Virus record (IMG/VR): IMGVR_UViG_3300037309_000058
DNA length: 43,571 nt
Strand: one strand, 5' to 3'
DNA from: a virus
The translations under genes were made by a program, and so were the position numbers. The notes beneath the pieces were generated by a model. It did not search any database. It was given only the letters and a program-made list of their open reading frames with translations, and was not told where the DNA came from. This document shows positions 7,907 to 17,345 of the stretch, one piece after another (position 1 is the stretch's first letter; the number at the start of each line of letters is the position of its first letter).

Positions 7907-8757
7907 TCGCCGTCCTCCAGCTCAAAATCATCAATGCGCTTCAAAGCGCCATGATCTTCTAGACGGAACAACCTTCCGGGAACCTGCATGACGCCGAGGC
8001 TCTGCCAGTTCAGCCTGAACGCGAAGTCGCCCAGCGGCGGCTCAAGCGTGCCGACGTCGAGCCAAGTGTCGCCGCGATCATCGGATATCTCCAGTGTGAC
8101 GCCACGCTTGTCAAGATCCTGCAAGACAGTCGTCTCGCCGATGCTCCCGAAAGCCTGCACCCCAAAGCAGGGAACAGCCGCGTACCCTGCGCCGATAACG
8201 TACTGCGCTGTGAGCCGCCGCCGGAATGGGCGGAGGATGGTCGCACCTTCCAGGGCGTCTTCATCCTCATCCGCGTCCGGCGAAAGAAAGTACAGCGCGC
8301 CGGTGCTGTCGTCACCGACAAGCACGTTGCTCCCATACAAGCCCGGCAGAGCGCCAGTTCCAGTCCAGTTAATGCCGATCTTGGCCCGCCATAGCTGTTG
8401 CTCTCCGGTGCCCCACGTATACCACTCGCCGGTGGAAACATCGTAGACCAGCGTCTCGCGGATACCCAGAGACAGCACGTAGAACTCATGCCCGTCCAGC
8501 GTGAATGTCCACGCGCGCACCTTGGGGTCTTCCACACGGCTCTTGTAGACAACAACGACGTCTGCCTGCGAAACCTGAACATTGCTAGTCGTAAGCGAGG
8601 ATACAAGAACATCTGCCTGCGCCACCCGAACTTCATCAGAGGGAACGTTGAAGACGACTGTCGTATCCAGCTGCGTCACCTGCGCCGGAGCAGACGGCGC
8701 AGACTGGACGACGCCAACGTCGGCCTGCGCCGCTCTTACAGAGGGAGACAGAGCCAC
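7903..8757 (-). CDS. Tail-associated structural protein (284 aa)
   Basis: It is coupled to its neighbours by an ATGA overlap. The N-terminus has three copies of a V(R/Q)xxQADVxVV repeat. It lies within the tail module. Confidence 0.5.
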   Translation of the reverse strand: MALSPSVRAAQADVGVVQSAPSAPAQVTQLDTTVVFNVPSDEVRVAQADVLVSSLTTSNVQVSQADVVVVYKSRVEDPKVRAWTFTLDGHEFYVLSLGIRETLVYDVSTGEWYTWGTGEQQLWRAKIGINWTGTGALPGLYGSNVLVGDDSTGALYFLSPDADEDEDALEGATILRPFRRRLTAQYVIGAGYAAVPCFGVQAFGSIGETTVLQDLDKRGVTLEISDDRGDTWLDVGTLEPPLGDFAFRLNWQSLGVMQVPGRLFRLEDHGALKRIDDFELEDGE

Positions 8758-8759
8758 AG

Positions 8760-9836
8760 TTAGAGCGTCCTATCCACGCGGATGAACGCGCCGTCAAAGG
8801 CAAGCGGCGACCACGGGCCTGCGACTGCCGGATCAAGCTCGGACACATCGAAGTAATACGCGAACGCCGACGTCATGGGTCGATCCGCGCCATTGTCCCA
8901 GTCGGTGGCGTTCGGGGAGAGGCCGACCTGTACGTCAGCATCGCCACCGTCGATCTTTCGCACCCGCACCACGGAGATCAGGCAGCGCACACTCGTGACG
9001 TCCGGCGGCAGGTTCTCAAGCGTGAACGACATGGGCGATGGCGGTGCGTCGTCTGCCGACAAATACGTCGTATCGTTGGGCGCATCCTTGGCGAGCAAGT
9101 TCGAGCCGGTCGTGCCGGTACTCGGCACCCATCCGCCAAGCGTGTTGTCGCCGTCGGGCTTGTAGCGGCGAACGATGACCGTCCCGGCTACGCTGTTGTT
9201 CTGTGCTCCGGAGCTATTCCAGAGATACAAGTCTTTGATCCAGACGGAGTGTGTAGGAATAGACGGCCCATTTCTGGCCGACATATTGACGAACACCAGA
9301 TTGTCGGCGGTGTCCACTCCGGTGTAGGAGGCGCGCAGCACACCATTCACATAAACCGAGCCCTCGCCGCTGGTCTTGTCGTGGACGAGCTCATAGTGGT
9401 TGAACGATGCCGGCGAGACAATCGGGTTGATGCTGTCGAAGACCTGCGTCTCAACACCGCTGACGCGCCCCTGTACCGTTATCGCACCATTCTGCTCGAT
9501 GCGCATGTACACGATGTACACCCCATCGGCGCGCTGAAACCCCGCGAGTGCCGAGCGGTCCGAGCCAGAGCCCGGAAGCTGCGAGAGCCATGCGCGGAAA
9601 GCAACGCCGCACGAGCCAGACGTCACTGCGGTGGGCAGTGCGATGCGGAAGTCTTGCGTCCAAGTGAACGGGTCGTTGCCCATCAAGTAGGCGCGTACGT
9701 CATCATTCGGGTCTGGGCTGACCGCAGGTCGCCCAAAGAGACCAAGCCGCGCATAGACCAAGCCGTCCAGCATGGCAAGGCGTCCGGCTTCGCCAGTCCC
9801 GTAGCGGCTGAAATCATCTGCCCATATTGCTGCCAT
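8760..9836 (-). CDS. Tail-associated structural protein (358 aa), beta-rich
   Basis: Long ORF in the tail module, coupled by a TAATG overlap to the gp10-like gene. No specific family was recognised. Confidence 0.5.
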   Translation of the reverse strand: MAAIWADDFSRYGTGEAGRLAMLDGLVYARLGLFGRPAVSPDPNDDVRAYLMGNDPFTWTQDFRIALPTAVTSGSCGVAFRAWLSQLPGSGSDRSALAGFQRADGVYIVYMRIEQNGAITVQGRVSGVETQVFDSINPIVSPASFNHYELVHDKTSGEGSVYVNGVLRASYTGVDTADNLVFVNMSARNGPSIPTHSVWIKDLYLWNSSGAQNNSVAGTVIVRRYKPDGDNTLGGWVPSTGTTGSNLLAKDAPNDTTYLSADDAPPSPMSFTLENLPPDVTSVRCLISVVRVRKIDGGDADVQVGLSPNATDWDNGADRPMTSAFAYYFDVSELDPAVAGPWSPLAFDGAFIRVDRTL

Positions 9837-11107
9837 TACAGAATTCCTTCTTCTTGGATCGCGCGACGAATGCGCTCTTCAATATCGGGGCGGCTCACAC
9901 GCTCCAAACCACCCTTGATCATGAACACGGCCCCCTCTTCGTCGACAAGGACCATGCTGTCGCGAACTTTGACTGCGGTGCCCGGCCACGAGCCTCTGTC
10001 AAAGAGGATGCCTTGATACCGCTGCATCGGCGCATCTGGATCGCCGGTCGTTATCCACGGCTCCGTGGATTCGCGGCCGAACAGCCAATATTGATCACTG
10101 AAAGTTATCGCTTGGTGGATAATATCGCTGCTGCGCTCCGCGTTAGCGAAGTTCAAAGGATCAATGAAGTCATCGCCCGGCTCGATCCAAAAGAATTTGC
10201 CGATTGTACCGTCAATCTCATCTTGTATCGGTATGACAATCACGTAGCTGTTGATAGCGCATACGCTGACAGCGCCGACATCACCCGGCACGTAGACCTG
10301 TCGTATGCGCGTCGTCCCGCCATTCTGTAGGGTGGCCGCGCTCCAGTCCAGCCCTGCGCCCGTGGTCGTCGTTACAATGACGTTGCCGTCAGCCCCCGGC
10401 GTAAGCGCAGAGACGAAGAGCTCCGTGGCGGTGTAGGTGTATCCTCTTACATCGGGGTGCGGAGTGAGCGCGGTGCTGTACGTAGTGCCGGGCGTTCCTT
10501 CGTCACCATTGATAGCGTAGAAGAGGTTGAGAATGGTGTCGGCCGCATTGAGCTCAAGAGCAACGAGCCACGGATTTGCCGAAGTACCGGCTGGCGTGCC
10601 CGCGTCTACTGAGCCGCTTGTGATCTGGTAATACACGCCGCCAAGGCGTACAACATCTCCGCTTGCGATGATGCCCGTGGCCTCGAGCAAGCCAAGCGCC
10701 GGGCTGTTCTCCATATAGAGCCAGAGAACGTTACCCTCTGCGAAAAACAGACGGCTGGGCACTTGGTCTTCAATCTGCGCAACCGGAGCCCACGAAACAT
10801 CGCCAAGCGGGTCCGTGCTTATGGTCGCTATCGCGGTGCCCGCGCCGGTGCTCGGGTTTATGCTGTAGAACTGCGTGCCGCTGACAGCAAACGCCTTGTC
10901 CCCGAAAATGCCCGGCGCAGAGAAAAGGCCGCGTACAGGCCCGGTCCCGACTCCGGTTAGACGCCGCATGGCGGGGCGCGCAATGGCAGACACTTCCCCA
11001 TCGGTCAGCGTAGGAATGCCCTCGATGAACCGATTGTGCATCGATATGAGCGGCGTCTTCGCCACTTGGCGGCGATAAGAGCCGCGCGCAAAGAGAAGCT
11101 GCGACAT
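9836..11107 (-). CDS. P22 gp10-like tail hub / DNA stabilisation protein
   Basis: The C-terminal region FWIEPGDDFIDPLNFANAERSSDIIHQAITFSDQYWLFGRESTEPWITTG resembles the remembered P22 gp10 segment (...ESQPDGIIGIG...FGSSTIEYFSLTG). It directly follows the gp4-like gene. Confidence 0.55.
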   Translation of the reverse strand: MSQLLFARGSYRRQVAKTPLISMHNRFIEGIPTLTDGEVSAIARPAMRRLTGVGTGPVRGLFSAPGIFGDKAFAVSGTQFYSINPSTGAGTAIATISTDPLGDVSWAPVAQIEDQVPSRLFFAEGNVLWLYMENSPALGLLEATGIIASGDVVRLGGVYYQITSGSVDAGTPAGTSANPWLVALELNAADTILNLFYAINGDEGTPGTTYSTALTPHPDVRGYTYTATELFVSALTPGADGNVIVTTTTGAGLDWSAATLQNGGTTRIRQVYVPGDVGAVSVCAINSYVIVIPIQDEIDGTIGKFFWIEPGDDFIDPLNFANAERSSDIIHQAITFSDQYWLFGRESTEPWITTGDPDAPMQRYQGILFDRGSWPGTAVKVRDSMVLVDEEGAVFMIKGGLERVSRPDIEERIRRAIQEEGIL

Positions 11108-11108
11108 A

Positions 11109-11852
11109 TCAGGTCATCCAGCTGTTGCGCCCACGGGCGATGCCGCGCGCTCGGTAATTGCGATCAAAGCCTTCTGTCATCATAACTGCCCCAAGATCCG
11201 CCGGAACATCGCGGTTCTGGGTGTAGCGCGCCCGCAGCTTCTCTTGCATGGAGACAAGCGTGGCAACAGACGCGTCCGGCATGGAGCGCCCGTACAGCGG
11301 GTTGAGCCGCATCGCGAGCTTGGTGATGAAGAAGTCGTCAAAAGCCAGCGGAAAAGGCATTTGGTCGCCGCTGGCCAGCAATGAAACGACGACCCACTTG
11401 CCAAGATCCGCGCGGTAGAACCACTGACGATCAAGGCCAGCGGTGTTCAGCGTGAGAGAAGTAACGTCCTCAATCACGCGCCCGTTGCCGTCAAGCGTGA
11501 GAGGGTATGTGGCGAGAAGCTGGCGCGGGTCCACGACCGCGACGCGCGTGCCGTCTTGCGGCTCCGGCGGCAGAAACACGGTCTGCGGGCTGGCCATGTT
11601 GGGGATGAGGCGCGCGTTGTTGATCACGTAGCGCCAGCGATCTTCTGCCCAATCAATATTCCCTTGGACATTGTCATTGCCCAACGGCCAGTCCAGAAGA
11701 TCGGTACCGACTTCAAACCCCATAAGTGCCGCGATCAGCGCGTTCAGCCGGTCAAGAGCCTCCTCGGCTTGTGCCGTGGAAGGCTCGGCGCCGATAGCAA
11801 TGAGGTTGCCCTCACGGTAAGCGCGCTTGATGATCGCGGACACTTGGGTCAT
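11109..11852 (-). CDS. P22 gp4-like head-to-tail adaptor
   Basis: The N-terminal pattern IIKRAYREGNLIA...AEEALDRLNALIAAL resembles P22 gp4 (LVRAALRKLGV...AVDDLEAMMAEW). It also occupies the gp4 position downstream of the coat gene. Confidence 0.55.
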   Translation of the reverse strand: MTQVSAIIKRAYREGNLIAIGAEPSTAQAEEALDRLNALIAALMGFEVGTDLLDWPLGNDNVQGNIDWAEDRWRYVINNARLIPNMASPQTVFLPPEPQDGTRVAVVDPRQLLATYPLTLDGNGRVIEDVTSLTLNTAGLDRQWFYRADLGKWVVVSLLASGDQMPFPLAFDDFFITKLAMRLNPLYGRSMPDASVATLVSMQEKLRARYTQNRDVPADLGAVMMTEGFDRNYRARGIARGRNSWMT

Positions 11853-11858
11853 GGAGAC

Positions 11859-12236
11859 TTACTCCTTGGTCAGGCTGATCTCGACACCGCCGTCGAGCAG
11901 GGCTTGGGCGAGACGAACCTTGGACCAGTTGCCGAGAAACTCGATCTTGTCGGTCTCTGCGCGTCCCGTGTTGGCGGCATTGATCATGTCCACGAGGGCG
12001 TCCTGCGAGTACACAGCGGCGATTTCGTCCGCAGTGAAGTCGTCTTCTTCCTCGCCTTCATCGTCGGGATCAGGCTCTTCGTAATCATCGGCGAGCATCT
12101 TGGGATGCTCGACCCAGCCTTCAGGAACTTCGTCGAGGCTGTTGAACTCCTCGCACTGACCGTTCGGGCCGTAGAAGCAGCGCGGCCACTCCTGATAGAC
12201 GTAGGGCGGCGGCGGACGCAGAATGGGAAGGGGCAT
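11859..12236 (-). CDS. Highly acidic protein in the head-tail joining region (125 aa)
   Basis: GAGGAG lies upstream of the ATG at 12236. It contains the acidic tract DDYEEPDPDDEGEEEDDFTADE. Confidence 0.55.
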   Translation of the reverse strand: MPLPILRPPPPYVYQEWPRCFYGPNGQCEEFNSLDEVPEGWVEHPKMLADDYEEPDPDDEGEEEDDFTADEIAAVYSQDALVDMINAANTGRAETDKIEFLGNWSKVRLAQALLDGGVEISLTKE

Positions 12237-12263
12237 GTCGTCTTCTCCTCGCTTGGCGGCAAG

Positions 12264-12291
12264 ACGCCCCGACCTTGGCGGGCCGGGGCGT
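12264..12291 (-). promoter_or_regulatory. Intergenic stem-loop (8-bp stem ACGCCCCG/CGGGGCGT, 12-nt loop)
   Basis: It lies between the stop at 12302 and the start at 12236. It has no U-tract, so it is more likely an attenuator or processing structure than a strong terminator. Confidence 0.35.
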
Positions 12292-12301
12292 TGCGTTGTG
12301 G

Positions 12302-12562
12302 TTACGGGTTCTTCATGATCCCGGTGGCGATGAGCGCAGCGCGCATTTCACGCACGTTGGTGACAAGCGCGTCAGCCTGTGCCGCCGTGGTGAAGCCGAA
12401 CGGGGTGGTGCTGGTCGCGCCGGTGGTGGCGGGAGTCGCGCCGGTGAAGGCGATCAGCTCGTCGTCCTGGAGCAGCTTGAAGTTGCCGGTTCCGTTCGAG
12501 ACCCGCTTCACCGTATTTGCGGGAAGGTTCGAAGGGTTGGCGTTGTCAGTAACATCAGCCAT
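12302..12562 (-). CDS. Small head-associated protein (86 aa), possibly a decoration protein
   Basis: I used the internal ATG at 12562 (MADVTDN...) with AAGGA upstream. The longer ORF in the track would run over the terminator hairpin. It lies just downstream of the coat gene. Confidence 0.55.
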   Translation of the reverse strand: MADVTDNANPSNLPANTVKRVSNGTGNFKLLQDDELIAFTGATPATTGATSTTPFGFTTAAQADALVTNVREMRAALIATGIMKNP

Positions 12563-12581
12563 GAGAAAATTCCTTCTTCTC

Positions 12582-12610
12582 AGAAAATGAGGATGCCCGA
12601 GAGCATCCTC
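12582..12610 (-). terminator. Rho-independent terminator after the major capsid gene
   Basis: On the minus strand it reads GAGGATGC-TCTCGG-GCATCCTC followed by ATTTTCT. It sits 23 nt after the coat stop. Confidence 0.65.
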
Positions 12611-12632
12611 GCTAGGCAAGCGGGAGCGCGCC

Positions 12633-13880
12633 TTACGACGCAGTGCCGCTCAGACGGGTGCCGAGACGACGGTCGACGTTCTTCACGCCGTAGAGCACGT
12701 CCCAACGGTGAAGGTGCGTATCGTTCACACCATCCGAAGTCCGCCAGTAGCGGACAGTGACGCCGGTCCCCGGGTCGGTCGCGTAGCTCGCTTGGCCCGT
12801 GAAGGGGTCGCTGAGCTTGGCGAAGACGAGCGCGATAGCCGACTTGTGGAACACCGCGTTTTGGCGATACGCGGTGCTGGCGACGCCGACGAACGAGACA
12901 GCGGCCCCGTTGCCCGGCGCGCGGGTCACGGTCTGGTAAGCGCCGCTGATGATGATCGGGTTAGCGATCGTCACCGTGACGTTGCCGGAGCCGTCGGCAA
13001 CCGCGTCCGCGAGAACGACGAACTGCGCAAGCTGCCCGGTGTCCTGCTTCGTACGTGGATTGACGAAGTTGACCGCCGTGCTGCCCGAGCCGATCGTGAA
13101 GACTTCGCCGGCCTTGATGGTGTGACCCGCCGTGAGGTTGGCCAAGTTCAAGGTCTGCTTGTAGTCGTTGTTCGCGATCGACGCATACGTGACGTTCTGG
13201 TTGGCCCCGGCAATCGTGGCCGCGCCGGTTGCCGCACGGGTACCGGTCGTGAGGTTGACCACCGACTGCGTCATGTAGGGCTGCACGTTGCCGACCAGCG
13301 GCAGACGAGCACGCTCGAGAGCGCTGATAGCGATCTGCTCCTGGACCGGCAGATTGGTGAACGACCCCGCCAGCGCCCAATAGTCCAGCGGCGAGAGAAC
13401 CCCGCACCGCTTGTCCTGCGGGATCGCCATCAGATCCAGACGCTCGGGACCGCGGAAGAAGTCCGTGGCCGAGTTGATGTCCTGACCGGGGGTGCCGACC
13501 CAGCTCGGGAATTCGAGCGTCATCGCCATCAGATCGGAGTCGATCGTCTGGGCAAGCTGCGCCGCCTGCGCCTGCATGACCGCGCTCTTCAGCAGGTCAT
13601 CAACGGTCAGCGTATCTTCGAGCGAAGTGAACTCGAGATCCACACCGCGCTGCCGGTCCATGACGATCGGCACTTCGCCTTCGACCACGTCCTGGACCTG
13701 CGCGACCGCGCCCTCACGGACGACGAACTCGGGCGGGCGCTTGACGTAAAGCGTGTTGCCGATCTTCTTGTACTCGTTCTTGAATTCGGTCGTGACCAGC
13801 TTGCCCATCACCAAGTTGTTCTTGAGATGGATGAGCATCGCGTTGGCGTAGACCTTCGGATTAAGAAGTGTGTTGGCCAT
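12633..13880 (-). CDS. Major capsid protein (P22 coat-like, HK97 fold)
   Basis: It is 415 aa. The N-terminal pattern LNPKVYANAMLIHLKNNLVMGKLVTTEFKNEYKKIGNTLYVKRP is typical of P22-type coat proteins. It directly follows the scaffold gene. Confidence 0.8.
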   Translation of the reverse strand: MANTLLNPKVYANAMLIHLKNNLVMGKLVTTEFKNEYKKIGNTLYVKRPPEFVVREGAVAQVQDVVEGEVPIVMDRQRGVDLEFTSLEDTLTVDDLLKSAVMQAQAAQLAQTIDSDLMAMTLEFPSWVGTPGQDINSATDFFRGPERLDLMAIPQDKRCGVLSPLDYWALAGSFTNLPVQEQIAISALERARLPLVGNVQPYMTQSVVNLTTGTRAATGAATIAGANQNVTYASIANNDYKQTLNLANLTAGHTIKAGEVFTIGSGSTAVNFVNPRTKQDTGQLAQFVVLADAVADGSGNVTVTIANPIIISGAYQTVTRAPGNGAAVSFVGVASTAYRQNAVFHKSAIALVFAKLSDPFTGQASYATDPGTGVTVRYWRTSDGVNDTHLHRWDVLYGVKNVDRRLGTRLSGTAS

Positions 13881-13892
13881 GAAAGCCTCCTG

Positions 13893-14993
13893 TTAGTGGG
13901 CTTCACTGAGAATACGGTTGGCCGATGCTTCGAACGCAGTGAAATCGTCCGTAGCCGGGTCGACAGAGAAGCGGCCCCCCGCGCCGCGCGCGGTGTGCTT
14001 GGGCGGAGGCGGTGCCTTGCTCGCCATGGGCTGCCTCGTGCCCTGATTGCTGGGCTGCTCCTGACCGGCTTTGAGAAAGCGGCCTTCAATGCGGCCAATT
14101 TCTCGCGCCTGTTCGAACGCGTCGAGGCCGGAGATGCGCTCCGACTCCGCCGGGTTGCTGGCAAGATGGTACGCGACGTGCGCGCCGACCGGGGAAGTCT
14201 TGACCAGAATGGCCGACTCGAGGGAGAGCTTCCAGGCGGCGTTATCGGCCCCCTTGATGACCTTTTCCTCAAAGTCGGGGTACTGCGTCTTGATGGTTTC
14301 ATCACTGATCTGCGAAGACCAGCCCTGTTCCATCGCGTCGAACTCCTGCTTCAGCGCAGTGCGCTGTTCGCGTTCTTGGAGTTTGACTTCCTGCCGATAC
14401 TCGGCCATGTCGATGATATAGTCGGCATCGGCCTTGCCGTACTCGTAGTCATCCGGATTGGGCTCTTCCCCGGGGTCACGAGTCTTCTTGCCGTCCTCGC
14501 CTTCGGGCGTTTTGCCCTCCAGCTTGGACAGCCTTGCCTCGAGCTCTTCGCGCTCACGCGCTCGTTCGCGCTGCTCTTCGGCAAGTTTCCGCTCGGCTTC
14601 ACGGCGCGCAGCGGTCAGCTCGTCAATTCTCTCCTGAACAGACGAGCCCGGCTGATCTTCTTCGGGGTCAGGAGTCCCCTCATCAGCAGTGTTCTGTTCA
14701 GGAGTTGCGGGGTTGACGTCCCCGGAACTGTTGTCGTCGGACTTCTTGTCCTCGCCGCGCACCTTCTTCTCGAAGTCGGCGAAGTTCTCTTCCGTGCCGA
14801 AGTCGGCGGACGGCGCGGGGGCTGTGTCGCTCGGTGCAAGCGCGGGGGCTGGCGCGGGGGCTGGCGCGGGGGCTGGCGCGGGGGCTGGCGCGGGGGCGCT
14901 GTCGTGGCCGTCGGGCGCGCGCATGAACCGGCCTGCGGCCCGTTCTGCGGCAGTCATTGCCGCGCCTGCCAAGAAGGTGCTCTTGATGCTCAT
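13893..14993 (-). CDS. Scaffolding protein
   Basis: It lies between portal and coat. It is charged, helical and low in complexity (EEQRERAREREELEARL), with a (PA)n tract near the N-terminus, and has an ATGA overlap with the portal stop. Confidence 0.7.
   Translation of the reverse strand: MSIKSTFLAGAAMTAAERAAGRFMRAPDGHDSAPAPAPAPAPAPAPAPAPALAPSDTAPAPSADFGTEENFADFEKKVRGEDKKSDDNSSGDVNPATPEQNTADEGTPDPEEDQPGSSVQERIDELTAARREAERKLAEEQRERAREREELEARLSKLEGKTPEGEDGKKTRDPGEEPNPDDYEYGKADADYIIDMAEYRQEVKLQEREQRTALKQEFDAMEQGWSSQISDETIKTQYPDFEEKVIKGADNAAWKLSLESAILVKTSPVGAHVAYHLASNPAESERISGLDAFEQAREIGRIEGRFLKAGQEQPSNQGTRQPMASKAPPPPKHTARGAGGRFSVDPATDDFTAFEASANRILSEAH
14839..14898. repeat. 12-bp tandem repeat (about 4.8 copies of CGCGGGGGCTGG) encoding the (PA)n tract of the scaffold
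   Basis: Read directly from 14841-14897. On the minus strand it translates to APAPAPAPAPAPAPAPAPA. Confidence 0.9.
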
Positions 14994-17161
14994 TGCTTCT
15001 TACTCCTGTTGCGCCCACTTGGGCGGTCGCCTGCGGGGCGAGATCCGGAGCCGCTGCTATCGGACCCCTTAGCAGACGCGGCTCTGTCTGCCAAGCGAAT
15101 TTTTTGCTCCGCTACACGCGGCGCGTACCTTGCTTCGACCTGCGCGCGCTCAGCATCCGCCCGTGCGCGGGCAAGCTCTGCTTCTTCGCGGTCGGCGGCG
15201 GCGGCGGCGCGCACGGCGTCGGCCTTAGCCCGCTCGGCCTCGGCTTGCGCCTTCTCGAGCTCGGCTTGGCGCATGGCGGCGGCGTGCTCCATCGCGGCCT
15301 GTTGCTCCGCCTCCATCATCTGCATCTGCTGCATCTGCTCAGGCGTCATTTCGGGCGGCGCGCCCTCCTCTGCGCCTTCTTCGGGCTCCGGCTCGACGAT
15401 GCCCTGCTTCACCATCTGATCGTGCAGGCGCTTTCCGATGTCGTGCGCGCCCGGCCAGTCCATTGCCTTGACAATGAGGTCCCCAGCAATCGTGAACAGG
15501 TCTGGCGCAGTCTGCACGAGCGTCGTCATCGCCTCGCGGGCTTCCGCGCGCTGAGTGCTGAAGCTGGGGCCTGTCTCGAGGCTGACGTCGTACTTGGCGT
15601 CGCTGATCGACGGGCTCTCGTCGTCGTCGCTGTTCTCGTTGATATACATCATGATGGCCTTGTCGTCCTCGCCGATGGTGAGGACTTGCCGGACCGTATC
15701 GTACGCGAGAGGAAGAAGCTGATTGACAACGTCGCCACCTTCCAAGATGGCCTCGTTAAGGTTGTCGTGGTAGATGACCGTGGCGATATCGCCCTCAGCC
15801 TTACGGCTTTCGATGGCGCGCCCGCTCACTTCGTTCGAACGGATACCCAGCGACGCATCATGAAGCCCGGTGACATCTTTGATGTCTTGCTGATTGAGCT
15901 GTGCTTCTTGCAGAAGCGCCGCTGGGATAGTCGGGGGATCCACGCGCTCGGGCTTTTGCTTACCCGTGTTGAAGCGCAGAAGCGGATCACCGCTTATGTG
16001 AGCATCGCGCCACTCGTCTTCGCGGCCCTCAACGGCATCAGCCTCGGCGACCCACTGCGCCTTGGGAGCCAGCGCGAGGGTCTCGGCCGCGACGGAGCGC
16101 CAGTAGTTCTTGAGACGCTGGCTGTCCTTGGCGAAGCGAACAAGCCCGAAGCGCACGCGGTCGTCGCCAACGCGGACCGTGCGCCCCTCTACGCGAATGA
16201 CCGGCAAGCGGTTCAGTGGAAGCTCGTAGGCCTCCTCGCTGAGAATGGCGAAGCCCGTGATAAGGTGCATACGAGCATAAGTGCGAAAGCTCTCGCGGAT
16301 ACGCGGCTGCCCAGAAGCATCAAACCAGAGCTTCTCGGCGTACTCCTCGTACTCCATCTCGGTGACGTCTTTGACATCGCCGTCAGACATGAGTGCGAAC
16401 GTCGCTGGCTTCTCGATCATCTCCCAGAATTCGACGACGCGGACAATGTCCTTGTCGAACCAGCCCGGATCGAGGGTGGACTGCATATTGTCCCCCATCT
16501 CGCCGGGGCACGGGTGGTCGGGGAAGCGCTCTTCGTAGACGTTGCGCGGCATGATGTCCTGCACGAAGCAGTGACGCGCGTCACGTCCGGTCGGATCGAC
16601 GCTCATACGATCCCAGATAACGGCCAGCGGGTTCGGTATATGCCGAATGCGAATGTCTTGCTCGAAGACGTCATTCGCTGCGTACTCGAGCTCCACACGG
16701 AAGTTGGAGATACCGCAGGCCACCTGATCTTCGCAACACGCGTCATAGACGCGGTGCGCGCGGCTCTGCGCCTCAATCCCTTTGATGATCGCGCTGCGCA
16801 GCGTCGCTTCGCTGGTCGAGCCGTTCTTCTTCGGAATGACCTTGATCGCCGTCTTGTTCATGCGCCGGTCGCCGATAACCTGACCCACGAACTGCGGCAG
16901 AACGTTGATCGTGAGGCACGGACGGTTCATCTCGACCCGCATCCGCTTGACTTCTTCGTCCCACTGATCACCAGCAAGGAACTCGAGGTCTTCCAGCGCG
17001 GCCTCACGATTGATGCGATCATACGCAAGGTCGGCTGCCCACTCGTCGCGGGCATACTTGAGAAACTTTTCCGTGCTCTCAAACCCCTCCGGGGCGTACT
17101 TGTTCTCATCCGTCAGGGCCGGGACAGTGGTGTTGTCGCCAGTGCTGCTGGGAGGGGTCAT
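14990..17161 (-). CDS. Portal protein
   Basis: The motif LEFLAGDQWDEEVKRMRVEMNRPCLTINVLPQFVGQVIGDRRMNKTAIKV is typical of P22/podovirus portals. The C-terminus is a long Ala/Glu/Gln coiled coil. I chose the start at MTPPSS (17161); the ORF could extend to 17233. Confidence 0.85.
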   Translation of the reverse strand: MTPPSSTGDNTTVPALTDENKYAPEGFESTEKFLKYARDEWAADLAYDRINREAALEDLEFLAGDQWDEEVKRMRVEMNRPCLTINVLPQFVGQVIGDRRMNKTAIKVIPKKNGSTSEATLRSAIIKGIEAQSRAHRVYDACCEDQVACGISNFRVELEYAANDVFEQDIRIRHIPNPLAVIWDRMSVDPTGRDARHCFVQDIMPRNVYEERFPDHPCPGEMGDNMQSTLDPGWFDKDIVRVVEFWEMIEKPATFALMSDGDVKDVTEMEYEEYAEKLWFDASGQPRIRESFRTYARMHLITGFAILSEEAYELPLNRLPVIRVEGRTVRVGDDRVRFGLVRFAKDSQRLKNYWRSVAAETLALAPKAQWVAEADAVEGREDEWRDAHISGDPLLRFNTGKQKPERVDPPTIPAALLQEAQLNQQDIKDVTGLHDASLGIRSNEVSGRAIESRKAEGDIATVIYHDNLNEAILEGGDVVNQLLPLAYDTVRQVLTIGEDDKAIMMYINENSDDDESPSISDAKYDVSLETGPSFSTQRAEAREAMTTLVQTAPDLFTIAGDLIVKAMDWPGAHDIGKRLHDQMVKQGIVEPEPEEGAEEGAPPEMTPEQMQQMQMMEAEQQAAMEHAAAMRQAELEKAQAEAERAKADAVRAAAAADREEAELARARADAERAQVEARYAPRVAEQKIRLADRAASAKGSDSSGSGSRPAGDRPSGRNRSKKQ

Positions 17162-17171
17162 GCCACGATCT

Positions 17172-17345
17172 TCAGCCAAGGTCTTGTTCCTTCGTATTGT
17201 CCAGCCGTTCCTGAAGTATGGCGAGCTCCGCACGCAAAGACGCCACGTTCTGCTCGTACCCGGCGCGCGGCTTGCCGTCCCTCGTGGTCCGCGCTTTGAG
17301 CTTGTCGATCAGGCGAGCTTGCCTCGCTTGCAGTCCTCTGGTCAT
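17172..17345 (-). CDS. Small coiled-coil protein between TerL and portal (57 aa)
   Basis: The ATG at 17345 forms an ATGA overlap with the TerL stop. An alternative start is at 17357. The RBS is weak. Confidence 0.4.
   Translation of the reverse strand: MTRGLQARQARLIDKLKARTTRDGKPRAGYEQNVASLRAELAILQERLDNTKEQDLG

Noticed and set aside
12708-15419. 903-aa ORF on the plus strand spanning the coat, scaffold and portal region
   Set aside because: It is antisense to three genes with clear family signatures. The translation is Arg/Gly/Leu/Asp-rich low complexity with no motifs. Long spurious antisense ORFs are expected in high-G+C DNA.
14993-17299. 768-aa plus-strand ORF antisense to the portal gene
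   Set aside because: Same reasoning. The portal frame carries the recognisable motifs, and this frame is Arg/Leu/Gly-rich without any.
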